The notes: a model not told the origin generated them from the letters alone. DNA of 64,000 bases from an uncultured Gammaproteobacteria bacterium (GCA_964536725.1 CAZHYJ010000002.1:91219-155218), one strand, 5' to 3'; numbered from the stretch's first letter, positions 37,161 to 47,390 are shown. Program-made: numbers and translations.

Positions 37161-37610
37161 TTATTGGATCAGTTGTTTCCATGTTTGTTTAACTGTATTT
37201 GCAATGGATAAGAAAAATTCTTTGTCTTTACGATGAGTTAATAAATTGGCCACTTCATCTATTTTTACCCACCGAGCCTCTGGGTTTTCTGGATCTTTTG
37301 GTTTAAGCTCTGTTTGATTGGTTTTAAAAAGGAAGATGGTAATAGTCTTTTGTTCTGAGATGTTGTCGCCGCCGTCAAGAGAAATTTTGTATCTTTGGTA
37401 GCTTCCCAATTCAGAGATAAATTCCAATTGGTCTATTCCAGATTCTTCATATATTTCTCGTTTTGCAGTTTCTTTTTTGTTTTCTCCGTCTTCGATGTGT
37501 CCCTTGGGGAGCGACCAAGATAGTCCGTGTTGATTCACCACCAGGACTAGGCCGTCTTGGTTAAGGATGACCCCTCCCGCACTCTCAGTTATTTTTTGAT
37601 CGGTTGACAT
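37161..37610 (-). CDS. NUDIX hydrolase (Ap4A-hydrolase-like)
   Basis: SAGGVI, WSLPKGHIEDGE....AKREIYEESG. Confidence 0.9.
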   Translation of the reverse strand: MSTDQKITESAGGVILNQDGLVLVVNQHGLSWSLPKGHIEDGENKKETAKREIYEESGIDQLEFISELGSYQRYKISLDGGDNISEQKTITIFLFKTNQTELKPKDPENPEARWVKIDEVANLLTHRKDKEFFLSIANTVKQTWKQLIQ

Positions 37611-37626
37611 ATATTCTGCAATAATT

Positions 37627-38040
37627 TTATTGATGATTAATTGGCTTGTAGCCTGTTTTTAGCAGATTCTGAATGGGGACGAAAAGAGGTTGTGGTAATT
37701 GATCCCACTGAAACCACTCCCATTTTTCACATTTTTCTGGCTCCACTACTTTCGCTTCGCCAGCATCGTAATCAGCCAGCATAAATATAGTGATATAATG
37801 TTTTTCTTCTGCTTGAAAAATATCGTTGGTTGCAGTGCTGAAGCGAATATTTTTTATTGTGATACCCGTCTCTTCTTTTACCTCTCTCATAGCGCATTCT
37901 TCCCATGATTCTTTAAATTCCAAATGTCCGCCCGGAAAACTCCACGAACCTTCTCCGTGCGCATTTTTTCTTTTTCCAAAGAGAATCTTGTTGTTTTTAA
38001 CGATAATCACACCGACACCGACTTTTGGTCTTTCATTCAT
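37627..38040 (-). CDS. NUDIX hydrolase (NUDT15-like)
   Basis: RPKVGVG, PGGHLEFKESWEECAMREVKEETG, EPEKCEKWEW. Confidence 0.92.
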   Translation of the reverse strand: MNERPKVGVGVIIVKNNKILFGKRKNAHGEGSWSFPGGHLEFKESWEECAMREVKEETGITIKNIRFSTATNDIFQAEEKHYITIFMLADYDAGEAKVVEPEKCEKWEWFQWDQLPQPLFVPIQNLLKTGYKPINHQ

Positions 38041-38123
38041 AAATGTAGTTTTTAAAATTATTTATTTAACCAACTACCTGTTAAACTCATATTCCCATCC
38101 TGGTTGCCAAGTTTTTCCTCTTG

Positions 38124-38582
38124 TTACAAATCAATTTTATACCGGCATTTTTGGCGCTCGCCCTTTTCGTACATTTCGTTATGTTCCGGCAAGTCAACTA
38201 TTTCGATTAATTTAAAACCGGCTAGCTCTGCACTTCGTCGAGAAGCGAAGTTGCCTACATTACAAGTAATCCACACTTCACTTAAACCATGTCTTCTGGC
38301 TAGATCAAAGAGTAGCTTGCAGCTGCGGGCAGCAAAGTGGTGTCCGCGATATTTTTCGTCGACACCATATCCGATATTACCTCCGTAAAAGATATTTTCA
38401 TTTTGCCCAATACGTAGATGAATGTAACCCATTTTTTCTTTTGTGGCTGTGTTGTACAGGTCAAATTTATAGGCCGGAACATATTTTTTCTCTACATTTT
38501 CTGGATTGGTTTCGGATAAAATTAACTCTAGCTCATGGTCAACAAGCTTTCCCGGGTCTAAAAATTTAAATTCATTGGCCAT
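38124..38582 (-). CDS. GNAT-family acetyltransferase
   Basis: GNIGYGVDEKYRGHHFA, ITCN..NFASRR; start placed at MANEF. Confidence 0.85.
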   Translation of the reverse strand: MANEFKFLDPGKLVDHELELILSETNPENVEKKYVPAYKFDLYNTATKEKMGYIHLRIGQNENIFYGGNIGYGVDEKYRGHHFAARSCKLLFDLARRHGLSEVWITCNVGNFASRRSAELAGFKLIEIVDLPEHNEMYEKGERQKCRYKIDL

Positions 38583-38596
38583 AATGGGATAATTAT

Positions 38597-38788
38597 TTAC
38601 TTTGGGCCGTTTTTTTTGAATAAAAATATACAACTTACTATAAAAATTATTGAGCAGATTATTAGTCCTAGGAGAGCATATCCTTCCCGCAAACCTCCAT
38701 AGTAGCCATAGCCCCAAAGAAATTTTCCAGTCCTGTATATTCCATATCCAGAAAAAATTAATAATAATGTTAGAGTAATTTTTTTCAT
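38597..38788 (-). CDS. Small membrane protein
   Basis: 63 aa, two hydrophobic helices, co-oriented with neighbours. Confidence 0.55.
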   Translation of the reverse strand: MKKITLTLLLIFSGYGIYRTGKFLWGYGYYGGLREGYALLGLIICSIIFIVSCIFLFKKNGPK

Positions 38789-38819
38789 AAATTTAAAAAT
38801 ATAATGTGTTATTAAATTT

Positions 38820-39959
38820 TTATCTTCCTCTTATCGTTTCGTCTATATTTCTTTTCTGCAAAAAGTCCCAAACCTTTTCCGCGTAATCCTTTCTTTGTTC
38901 AGGAGTAGCATTTTTAATGTATAAAATTCTATTACCGAAATTCCCATTTAGTGCCATTGTAAAAAAAGCAACAAAATCATCGTGTGTTGGGTGAGTTGTT
39001 AAAAATTCACCGATTACTTTTTTATCATCTGCCGTTTGCACTTCCTCATCCCTAAGTAATCCTCCGATTATTTTGCCTTGCGGATCTTTAATTTCGAATC
39101 TTTTGTAAAAATTTTCACGCACTTCATTTTTTCCATATATTTCAGATTCAATTTGATGTGTAGATTCTGCCGCTTCTCTGTCTGTGGGTATATTACTTTT
39201 TTCAAACATGAATTCCTCTCCTTCTTTTGGTCCAAATAACGCAGAAGCCACATTTCCTAAGTATTGTCTACCAACCCCTTCTTGTGCCGGTACTACGATA
39301 AAATGAGAATAAGTGGTATTAACTCCGTCAACAAAATCTGCCTCTCTTGGAATATATTCCTTTAGTCTGCATTCGGCTGATGTTTCTGTATCCTTGTAAC
39401 CATCAAGCGCTGAACGTGGAAAGGTAAAAAAGAGATTATTGTTAGCGTCAAAATATGCCAGCGTGTCAGGTGACTGCTCTATAACCAAAAAAGCATGGCC
39501 TGGTGCAGTAACAGCAACATGATCAATTCCATGTTCTTGTAAACAAGTCGAGGCTATTAATGTTCTACCGGCACATTCCAGCTGTCCTTTTCTCATTGAG
39601 CTGATTAGAACCCCATCTCTTGGCGCGCTTGGATCAATCTGTTCTTGATCAGAATCTCTCTTTAAAACTTTGAATAGTTCATATGGTAAATTTTCCCGTT
39701 TGATTCCTTCGAGATTTTTTTCAATTTGTTGATATCTGGGCAATGATTTTGTCGCATTTTTTAATTTTTCATCAAAATTATCTAGTTTTTCGGTTGGTTT
39801 AATCTCAAGAGTGCTCAAGATTACTTCTTCAGCCTGCTTTTTTTTCTCTGGTGAGATTTCTTTTTGCACAACAGGTTGCTCAGCCTCTGGAATGGTGGCG
39901 ATAGGAATTTCCTGTTGAAGGTCTGTTGTATCGATTTTTATCGCAGCTTCTATGCTCAT
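38820..39959 (-). CDS. Hypothetical protein with a transglutaminase/papain-like Cys-His-Asp pattern
   Basis: LECAGR, APGHAFL, YFDANN. Confidence 0.6.
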   Translation of the reverse strand: MSIEAAIKIDTTDLQQEIPIATIPEAEQPVVQKEISPEKKKQAEEVILSTLEIKPTEKLDNFDEKLKNATKSLPRYQQIEKNLEGIKRENLPYELFKVLKRDSDQEQIDPSAPRDGVLISSMRKGQLECAGRTLIASTCLQEHGIDHVAVTAPGHAFLVIEQSPDTLAYFDANNNLFFTFPRSALDGYKDTETSAECRLKEYIPREADFVDGVNTTYSHFIVVPAQEGVGRQYLGNVASALFGPKEGEEFMFEKSNIPTDREAAESTHQIESEIYGKNEVRENFYKRFEIKDPQGKIIGGLLRDEEVQTADDKKVIGEFLTTHPTHDDFVAFFTMALNGNFGNRILYIKNATPEQRKDYAEKVWDFLQKRNIDETIRGR

Positions 39960-40155
39960 AATAATTGATTAAATTTGATGACTATATTTAGTGTCTTACA
40001 CACCAACCATCTGTAAAATTGGCTAATTTAATATCTATTATATCAACCCATACGAAATCAGCAAGGGGATACGAATTTATCAAAAGGTAACAAAAACCCA
40101 TTTTCTCCGTCTTCTATAGTATACCGCCCTTAAAGCGGTGTTAAGTTGCGTTTAT

Positions 40156-41916
40156 ATGGCAAAAATCAATCAAAGGACTTTTAAGATATATTGGCAGCAT
40201 ATAAGACGCTATTCCGGGCTCGGAGTAGTGATGGTTTTGGCTACCATTTTTGCCTCTTTGGTCAATATTATAGTCCCACTCTATTTAAAGAAGTTTTTTG
40301 ATATTTTAGGTGTAGCTGGTTTGGATAAGTCGGCGGCGAGCGCCCTGGTCAGTATTTTGATAACGGTGGCAATATTTGAGATAGTAAGTTGGATATTTTG
40401 GCGTGTCTCTGCTTTTGCGGCTTCAGCGCTACAGGCCAAGGTGATGGCCGATTTGGGTAATACTTGTTTCCAATATATTCATCGCCATTCTTTTTCCTAT
40501 TTCAACAACAACTTTGTCGGTTCGTTGGTTAAAAAAGTAAATCGTTTTACGCATTCATTTGAAGGAATTGCTGATCGTGTGACTTTTGATGTGTTACAGT
40601 TGTTGGTGAAGATAACGGCAATTTTGACTGTATTGTTTATCACTAATTTTATCTTAGGTATCGGTTTGGCTGTTTGGATTGTCATATTCTTGCTAGTCAA
40701 CTGGTTTTTTATCCGTTACAAACTACGCTACGATTTGGAACGCAGTACGGCAGATAGTAAATTGACCAGTGTCTTGGCGGATACGATTACAAACAATTTA
40801 AATGTTAAATTGTTTAATGGTTACAAAAAAGAATGCAAGAACTACGGCGAGGCGAATGCAAAATTGGCAGGGTTGCGTCTGTTCACTTGGAATCTTGGTA
40901 ATTACTTTGACGGTGCCCAAGGGTTTCTGATGATTGTCTTGGAAATTGGTCTGTATTATGTCGGTATTAGATTGTGGCAAGTGGGAAAATTCACCGTGGG
41001 TGATTTCTTTTTGTTGCAATCATACGTTTTCTTGGTGATTATCAACATCTGGAACTTTGGTAGAGTATTACAACGTATCTATGAGGACCTTGCAGAAGCA
41101 GAAGAGATGACTGAAGTTTTGACTACGCCACATGAGATTGTGGATGCGCCGAAAGCGGTTCAGCTTGAAGTGACAAAAGGGGAGATTGAATTTTTCAAGG
41201 TTGGGTTTAATTACAATGAGACCCGAAAAATCTTAAAGGATTTTAATTTCCATGTTGCGCAGGGTGAGAAGGTGGCGTTGGTTGGTCCTTCAGGCGCGGG
41301 CAAGACTACAGTAATTAAGTTGCTCTTACGTTTATACGAATTGAGCAGCGGTCAGATCTTGATCGACAAACAAAGGATTGATCGCGTAACTTTGGAAAGT
41401 TTGTGGCAGAACATTAGCTTGGTGCCACAAGATCCAATTCTTTTTCACCGTACTTTAAAAGAGAATATCCGTTATGGTAAATTTGATGCCACCGACGAAG
41501 AAGTTATCGAGGCGGCCAAGATGGCATATTGTCATGATTTCATCACTGGTTTAAGTGAAGGTTACGAAACCTATGTCGGTGAACGCGGGATTAAGTTGTC
41601 TGGCGGAGAAAGACAGCGGGTGGCGATTGCGCGGGCGATTTTACGCAATGCACCAATCTTGGTGTTGGATGAAGCTACTTCTAGTTTGGATTCAGAATCA
41701 GAGCAAGAGATCCAGCGTGGTTTAGATAACTTGATGAAGAACAAGTCAGTAATCGTGATCGCTCACCGTTTGTCGACAATTATGAAGATGGACAGAATTG
41801 TAGTGATTGATCAGGGTAAGGTAGTTGAGGATGGTACCCACGATGAATTACTCAAGAAGCGTGGTGGGTTGTACAAAAAACTGTGGCAGTTGCAGGCCGG
41901 TGGGTTCATTAAGTAA
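40156..41916 (+). CDS. ABC exporter (fused TMD + ATPase)
   Basis: 6 TM; GPSGAGKT, LSGGERQR, LVLDEATS, IAHRLST. Confidence 0.93.
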   Translation: MAKINQRTFKIYWQHIRRYSGLGVVMVLATIFASLVNIIVPLYLKKFFDILGVAGLDKSAASALVSILITVAIFEIVSWIFWRVSAFAASALQAKVMADLGNTCFQYIHRHSFSYFNNNFVGSLVKKVNRFTHSFEGIADRVTFDVLQLLVKITAILTVLFITNFILGIGLAVWIVIFLLVNWFFIRYKLRYDLERSTADSKLTSVLADTITNNLNVKLFNGYKKECKNYGEANAKLAGLRLFTWNLGNYFDGAQGFLMIVLEIGLYYVGIRLWQVGKFTVGDFFLLQSYVFLVIINIWNFGRVLQRIYEDLAEAEEMTEVLTTPHEIVDAPKAVQLEVTKGEIEFFKVGFNYNETRKILKDFNFHVAQGEKVALVGPSGAGKTTVIKLLLRLYELSSGQILIDKQRIDRVTLESLWQNISLVPQDPILFHRTLKENIRYGKFDATDEEVIEAAKMAYCHDFITGLSEGYETYVGERGIKLSGGERQRVAIARAILRNAPILVLDEATSSLDSESEQEIQRGLDNLMKNKSVIVIAHRLSTIMKMDRIVVIDQGKVVEDGTHDELLKKRGGLYKKLWQLQAGGFIK

Positions 41917-41921
41917 AAAAC

Positions 41922-41953
41922 AAAAAGCAGTGGTTAAAAGCCATTGCTTTTTT
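41922..41953 (+). terminator. Intrinsic terminator
   Basis: AAAAAGCAGTGGT-TAAAA-GCCATTGCTTTTT. Confidence 0.8.
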
Positions 41954-41995
41954 GTTAGTTTGACGGTATAATTTTAGTATTAATTATTGTTTAAT

Positions 41996-42418
41996 ATGTG
42001 GTTAGTTTTAGCTTTTCTCTCAGCGGCAACCGCTGCCTTGGTGGCAATATTTGGTAAATTGGGGCTTAAGAATGTTGACCCAACTTTTGCGACGACAGTG
42101 CGGTCTTTGATTATGGCTGTATTTTTGGTTGTGACCAGCTTGTTCTTGGGGAAATTTAATAATATAAACTTTGGTTCTTTAAGCAATCGTGATTGGCTGT
42201 TGATTGTGTTGGCTGGTGTTGCCGGTGCGCTTTCTTGGTTGTTTTATTTTGGAGCGTTAAAGGTTGGTTTGGCAACTAAGGTAGTGGTGATCGATCGGTT
42301 GAGTTTAGTTTTTGTTGTGATTTTGGCCGCGCTGTTTTTAGGTGAGGCATTAAGTTGGCGTGTTGCGTTAGGCTCCGTTTTAATGGTGGCGGGTGCGGTT
42401 ATTATTTCTTTGAAATAA
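41996..42418 (+). CDS. EamA/DMT-family transporter (single domain)
   Basis: AIFGKLGL..VDPTFAT..RS, LSWLFYF.AL, IDRLS. Confidence 0.88.
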   Translation: MWLVLAFLSAATAALVAIFGKLGLKNVDPTFATTVRSLIMAVFLVVTSLFLGKFNNINFGSLSNRDWLLIVLAGVAGALSWLFYFGALKVGLATKVVVIDRLSLVFVVILAALFLGEALSWRVALGSVLMVAGAVIISLK

Positions 42419-42420
42419 AT

Positions 42421-43191
42421 ATGGCTGAAATTTTGGGAGTGAGAATTGATAGTGTTAGTTTGGTTGAAGTAAAGGAAAGGGTTGGGCTGTGGTTGAAGGG
42501 GTCGGAACAGAAAAAGATATTTACTCCCAACCCAGAAATGCTAGTGTTGGCACAAAAATTTCCACGTTTTAAGGAGGTCTTGAATGGGGGAGACCTGAAT
42601 TTGTGTGATGGGTTCGGAATCACGTTGGTGAGTGGGGGAAAAATTAAAAGAATACCCGGGTCAGACTTTGTTTGGGAGTTGTGTGAGATGGCGGAGAAGA
42701 ATGATAAAAAAGTTTTTTTGTTAGGCACTGGGAGTGACGAAGTGTTATTAAAAACAAAAGAAGTATTGAACACAAAATTTGTTCAGCTAAAGATTGTTGG
42801 AATGGACAAAGGGCCAAAGATTGAGGTTGTTGGGGGAGATGTTAAAGTAAATGGTGAGGAAAATAACGAGACATTAAGAAAGATAAACGAGAGTGGTGCT
42901 GAAGTTTTGATTGTTGCGTTTGGTCAGATGAAACAGGAGATGTGGATTGAAGAGTTTTTGCCAAAGTTACCAGGTGTGAAATTGGCAATCGGCGTAGGTG
43001 GGGCGTTGGATTATATCGGTGGCAAGGTCAAACGTGCACCACGTTGGGTGCGTAAGATTGGATTTGAGTGGTTGTATAGACTAATCAGGGAACCACGAAG
43101 AGTTAAGAGAATATTTACAGCAACATTTTTATTTATATATTATATTATTAAAAAATATGGCAGAGCAAAATCCTGCGGCAGAACATTTTAA
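42421..43191 (+). CDS. WecB/TagA/CpsF-family glycosyltransferase
   Basis: FTPNPEM, DGFG, PGSD, KQE.W, IGVGGALD, RAP, EWLYRL..EP.R. Confidence 0.92.
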   Translation: MAEILGVRIDSVSLVEVKERVGLWLKGSEQKKIFTPNPEMLVLAQKFPRFKEVLNGGDLNLCDGFGITLVSGGKIKRIPGSDFVWELCEMAEKNDKKVFLLGTGSDEVLLKTKEVLNTKFVQLKIVGMDKGPKIEVVGGDVKVNGEENNETLRKINESGAEVLIVAFGQMKQEMWIEEFLPKLPGVKLAIGVGGALDYIGGKVKRAPRWVRKIGFEWLYRLIREPRRVKRIFTATFLFIYYIIKKYGRAKSCGRTF

Positions 43192-43564
43192 AACAGATTC
43201 GCTAACAAATTTTGGTGGAATCTCCCGTATCCCTGTTGGTGGGCCGATTTTCGATGCGGCCACTCGCTGGCACAGGAAAATTGTGACGATCGGTCCGTCA
43301 GGTAATATAGGTGAGGTTGTTTTGCCAAATATCGATGGAATATCAGACGAGGTTATTGATGAAGTTTATTCTCAGTTTGTCCATGATTATTTATCAGATG
43401 TTGATGATGTGAGGTTAAAGGATTTGAGAGAAAGGTACTCAAAGGGGGAAGTGGATGAAGAGTTGGTTATAAATGAAAATGAAGAAGAAATATTGGGGGA
43501 GGAATATGAAAAATATTTACTTGAGAAAGGAATAATAAGTAAAAAAGATCTAAAAAATTCATAA
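43157..43564 (+). CDS. Hypothetical acidic protein
   Basis: 135-aa ORF filling the gap before gltX. Confidence 0.55.
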   Translation: MAEQNPAAEHFKTDSLTNFGGISRIPVGGPIFDAATRWHRKIVTIGPSGNIGEVVLPNIDGISDEVIDEVYSQFVHDYLSDVDDVRLKDLRERYSKGEVDEELVINENEEEILGEEYEKYLLEKGIISKKDLKNS

Positions 43565-43573
43565 GAATATTTT

Positions 43574-45046
43574 ATGATTCGAACACGTTTTGCACCCAGC
43601 CCAACCGGCTTTGTCCATGTTGGCAGTCTGTATATAGCTTTGTTTGCTTATCTAGTTGCTAAAAAGAATGATGGCCAATTTCTGCTTCGCATTGAAGACA
43701 CTGACCAGAAAAGACTAGTTGAAGGATCGGTTGAAGCAGTACTGCGAGCGTTAAATTGGGCAGGTATCAATCCTGATGAGGGAGTGGTGTTGGCCAGCGA
43801 TGGTAAGGGTGTTGCCCAAAAAGGTGACAAGGGGCCATATATCCAATCGGAGAGACTGGAAATTTATCGCAAGTATGTAGATCAATTACTAGAAAATGGT
43901 CAGGCATATTATTGTTTTTGTACACCAGAACGGCTGGAAGAGGTGCGTGACAATCAGCAGAAAAACAAGCTACCTACTGGTTATGATGGTCACTGTCGTA
44001 ATATTGACCCAGAAGAAGCTAAAAAAAGAGTGGCTAACGGAGAAAAATATACAATACGTCTCAAGATGCCCAAGACGGGTGAGACGACTTTTAACGATTT
44101 GATTAGAGGGGAAGTTTCTTTTAAAAACGAACTCGTTGATGATCAGGTATTATTAAAGGCCGATGGTTTTCCAACCTATCACCTGGCTGTTGTTGTCGAC
44201 GATCATTTAATGGAAATATCGCATGTGATTAGAGGCGAAGAATGGTTGTCTAGTACTCCCAAGCATGTACAGTTGTATAAATACTTCGGTTGGGAGGCGC
44301 CGCAGTTTGCGCACCTGTCACTTTTACTTAATGCGGACAAAACAAAATTAAGCAAACGTAAGGGTGATGTGGCGGTGGAAGACTATATCAAAAAAGGATA
44401 CCTGCCAGAGGCAATGATTAACTTTGTTGCTTTCTTGGGCTGGAATCCAGGAGGTGAGAGGGAGTTGTACGCACTGGAAGAATTGGTTAAGGAGTTTAGT
44501 TTTGAGAAGACTACCAAAGCAGGGGCGGTATTTAATTTAGAAAAATTAGATTGGTATAACCGGGAATATCTAAAGCGGATGACGAATGAAAAAATTGCCG
44601 AAGTTTCGGCAAAATATTTTTCAGCAACCGATTGGTGGCAAGATGGTTGGACACAGAAATTACCCATGGCGATTAGTTTAGAGAAAGAGCGGGTTACTAC
44701 TTTGACTGAGTTACCGGAAGCGATTAAGTTTGTTTTTGTTCGGCCAGAATACCAAAAAGATATTTTGATTTGGAAGAAAAGTAATTTGGAAGATGCAAAA
44801 AAAGTATTACAAGAACTCGGTTCTACATTGGATATTTTTAGTGTTCAAGATTGGGATAAGGACAATTTGCAGGTTAGGATAGGGGAGTGGGTGAAAGAAA
44901 AAGAGTACAACAACGGTATGGTCTTGTGGCCAATGCGTGTGGCACTGTCTGGTCAAGAAAATTCTCCTGGACCATTTGAGATTGCGGAAGTTTTGGGCAA
45001 GGAAGAAGCAATCGCACGTATAAAAATTGCGGCAGAAAAATTGTAG
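43574..45046 (+). CDS. gltX: Glutamate--tRNA ligase
   Basis: RFAPSPTGFVHVGS, LRIEDTD, HVIRGEEW, KLSKR. Confidence 0.97.
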   Translation: MIRTRFAPSPTGFVHVGSLYIALFAYLVAKKNDGQFLLRIEDTDQKRLVEGSVEAVLRALNWAGINPDEGVVLASDGKGVAQKGDKGPYIQSERLEIYRKYVDQLLENGQAYYCFCTPERLEEVRDNQQKNKLPTGYDGHCRNIDPEEAKKRVANGEKYTIRLKMPKTGETTFNDLIRGEVSFKNELVDDQVLLKADGFPTYHLAVVVDDHLMEISHVIRGEEWLSSTPKHVQLYKYFGWEAPQFAHLSLLLNADKTKLSKRKGDVAVEDYIKKGYLPEAMINFVAFLGWNPGGERELYALEELVKEFSFEKTTKAGAVFNLEKLDWYNREYLKRMTNEKIAEVSAKYFSATDWWQDGWTQKLPMAISLEKERVTTLTELPEAIKFVFVRPEYQKDILIWKKSNLEDAKKVLQELGSTLDIFSVQDWDKDNLQVRIGEWVKEKEYNNGMVLWPMRVALSGQENSPGPFEIAEVLGKEEAIARIKIAAEKL

Positions 45047-45079
45047 GCAGAAGTTATAATTTTGTGGTATAATACTACC

Positions 45080-46312
45080 ATGAAAAAAATTTGGTATTTA
45101 TCGTTCATCCTTTTGTTTTTAGGCGCTGGACTATTCTGGACGTCTAGTTTTGTTTTGAGCGTTGATGTTGGAGGTAATACTGAAGAAATTAGTGTATTAA
45201 ACAAAGAAATCGCTGCACGTAAGGATAAAATTAAAGAACTCGAAGAAACAATTAGTAAATACAATAAAAACATTGCCCAAAAACAATTAGAGGGCGTTTC
45301 TTTGCGCAATCAAATTGGAATTTTGGATAGTAGAATGGAAAAGATCAGTATTGATATTGAATTAACCAAAGAAAAGATAAAAGAAACTGAACTGGAGATT
45401 GAGGCGTTGGAGTTGTCGATAAAAGATAAAGAGACGGCGATTGCTAAGCAAAAGCTGATAATTACCGAAATTATACAAAGCTTACACGCGAATGATCAGA
45501 AGAACTATATTGAGATACTCTTAACTAATAACAGTTTTGCTGATTTTTATAACCAAGCAAAATATTTGGAGAATGTTTACGTAGATCTGGGACGTTCGGT
45601 GAAATCATTGCGGTTGGCACAAGAAGACTTGGTAAACAAACGTCAGCAAGCTGACACTCGTCGTTTGACTTTTGAAGATTTAAAAAAGCAGCTAGAGGAA
45701 AAGAAAGCGGATTTAAACGATCAGTCTGGGGTTAAACAAAATTTATTAGTACAGACAAAATCATCAGAATTACATTACGCAACACTGTTGGCTAGTTTGA
45801 AAAAGCAGTATCAAGTAATCGAGAGTGAAGTAAGAAGCTACGAAGACGAAGTGCGCAAAAAACTAGAGGCACAGGACAAAATACAGGAGACAGGTGATGT
45901 CTTGTTGGCTTGGCCAACACCAGGGCATTATATAACAGCATATTATCATGATCCAGAATATCCTTATCGCCGTGTCTTTGAGCACAATGCTATTGATATT
46001 CGCGCGGCACAAGGAACCCCACTTAGGGCGGCGGCTTCTGGGTATGTTGGGCGAGCAAAAACCTGTACCCTCGCGTCTTGTTATAGTTATGTGCTCTTAA
46101 TTCACACAGGCAATCTTTCTACAGTCTATGGTCATATGAGTCGCATTATCGTGTCAGAAGATAGTTTTGTTAATCGTGGTGATGTGATTGGGTATTCCGG
46201 TGGTACTCCGGGAACGGTTGGTGCGGGTGCTTTTGTAACTGGTCCACACCTCCACTTTGAAGTGCGTAAGAATGGTATTCCAGTCAATCCTTTAGGTTAT
46301 TTAGTGCAATAG
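45080..46312 (+). CDS. Coiled-coil M23 peptidase (EnvC/CwlO-like)
   Basis: Signal peptide, long coiled coil, HNAID, YGH, TGPHLHFEVR. Confidence 0.9.
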   Translation: MKKIWYLSFILLFLGAGLFWTSSFVLSVDVGGNTEEISVLNKEIAARKDKIKELEETISKYNKNIAQKQLEGVSLRNQIGILDSRMEKISIDIELTKEKIKETELEIEALELSIKDKETAIAKQKLIITEIIQSLHANDQKNYIEILLTNNSFADFYNQAKYLENVYVDLGRSVKSLRLAQEDLVNKRQQADTRRLTFEDLKKQLEEKKADLNDQSGVKQNLLVQTKSSELHYATLLASLKKQYQVIESEVRSYEDEVRKKLEAQDKIQETGDVLLAWPTPGHYITAYYHDPEYPYRRVFEHNAIDIRAAQGTPLRAAASGYVGRAKTCTLASCYSYVLLIHTGNLSTVYGHMSRIIVSEDSFVNRGDVIGYSGGTPGTVGAGAFVTGPHLHFEVRKNGIPVNPLGYLVQ

Positions 46313-46315
46313 ATT

Positions 46316-47374
46316 ATGAAAAAGAAAATTAAAGTTGGTGTAATTTTTGGTGGACCGTCAACAGAACGAGAAATTTCCTTGATTACCGGCAGAGCAATTT
46401 GCGATAATTTAGATACGAAAAAATATCTTGTTAGTCAGATAGAGATGGATAAACAAAGCCGGTTTTGGTTAAAAGAAAAAGGTGGAAAACGTTTAGTAGA
46501 TTTTATAAACAAAGATCGTAAGAAATTCGACATCATATTTATCGCATTACATGGTGCTCCTGGTGAAGATGGCGAGATCCAGGGCATGTTTGATGCTTTG
46601 GGGATAAAATATACCGGCTGCGGTGTATTGGCGAGTGCACTAGCGATGAATAAAGTATATGCTGCTCAGATATATCTGATAAATGGATTACCACACCCAG
46701 AGTTTATTCATTTCAAAAAAGATGGTTGGAAAGATTATAAAAAGGATGTTCTCAAAGATATTAATGAAAAAATTGGCTTTCCTGCGGTGATTAAGCCGGT
46801 GGACCAAGGTTCAGCCGTGGGTATTTCGATTGTTAAAAACGAAAAAGAATTGCTTTTGGCGATTGATAAATCTGTCAAACAATTTCCTTGGTTGTTGGTT
46901 CAGAAATTTATCAAAGGGCAAGAAGCTACATGTGGAGTTTTAGAGAAGAAAGGTCAAATATTTGCCTTACCACCGACACATATTATTGCTAACGCCGGTG
47001 AGTTTTATGATTACAAATCGAAATATTCCAAAGGTGGTTCAACCCATATCTGTCCAGCAGATTTTTCTCCAGAAACCAACGAGCAGCTCCAGCACTTGGC
47101 ACTTTTAGCGCATAAGGCATTACATTGCCGTGGAATGTCACGAACCGATATCTTTGTGGCGGATGAAGAAGAGGTTTGCGGTTGTGAGGAACACAAAGAT
47201 AATGCTTGTGGCCATAGAACATCAGCACCATTTCACAATCACAAAAAACTATATATTATTGAAACTAACACTATCCCAGGCATGACACCAACCAGTTTAT
47301 TCCCAGAAGCGGCAGGTAAAGCGGGGATTAAGTTTAGTGAGATGTTGGATTTGATTATAAAAGCCAGCTTGTAA
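46316..47374 (+). CDS. ddl: D-alanine--D-alanine ligase
   Basis: GGPSTEREIS, ALHGAPGEDG, GSAVG, FYDYKSKY, ETNTIPGMT. Confidence 0.95.
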   Translation: MKKKIKVGVIFGGPSTEREISLITGRAICDNLDTKKYLVSQIEMDKQSRFWLKEKGGKRLVDFINKDRKKFDIIFIALHGAPGEDGEIQGMFDALGIKYTGCGVLASALAMNKVYAAQIYLINGLPHPEFIHFKKDGWKDYKKDVLKDINEKIGFPAVIKPVDQGSAVGISIVKNEKELLLAIDKSVKQFPWLLVQKFIKGQEATCGVLEKKGQIFALPPTHIIANAGEFYDYKSKYSKGGSTHICPADFSPETNEQLQHLALLAHKALHCRGMSRTDIFVADEEEVCGCEEHKDNACGHRTSAPFHNHKKLYIIETNTIPGMTPTSLFPEAAGKAGIKFSEMLDLIIKASL

Positions 47375-47385
47375 GCTGGCTTTTT
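47359..47385. terminator. Bidirectional terminator between convergent ddl and xer
   Basis: AAAAGCCAGCTT-GT-AAGCTGGCTTTT. Confidence 0.75.
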
Positions 47386-47390
47386 GAAAT

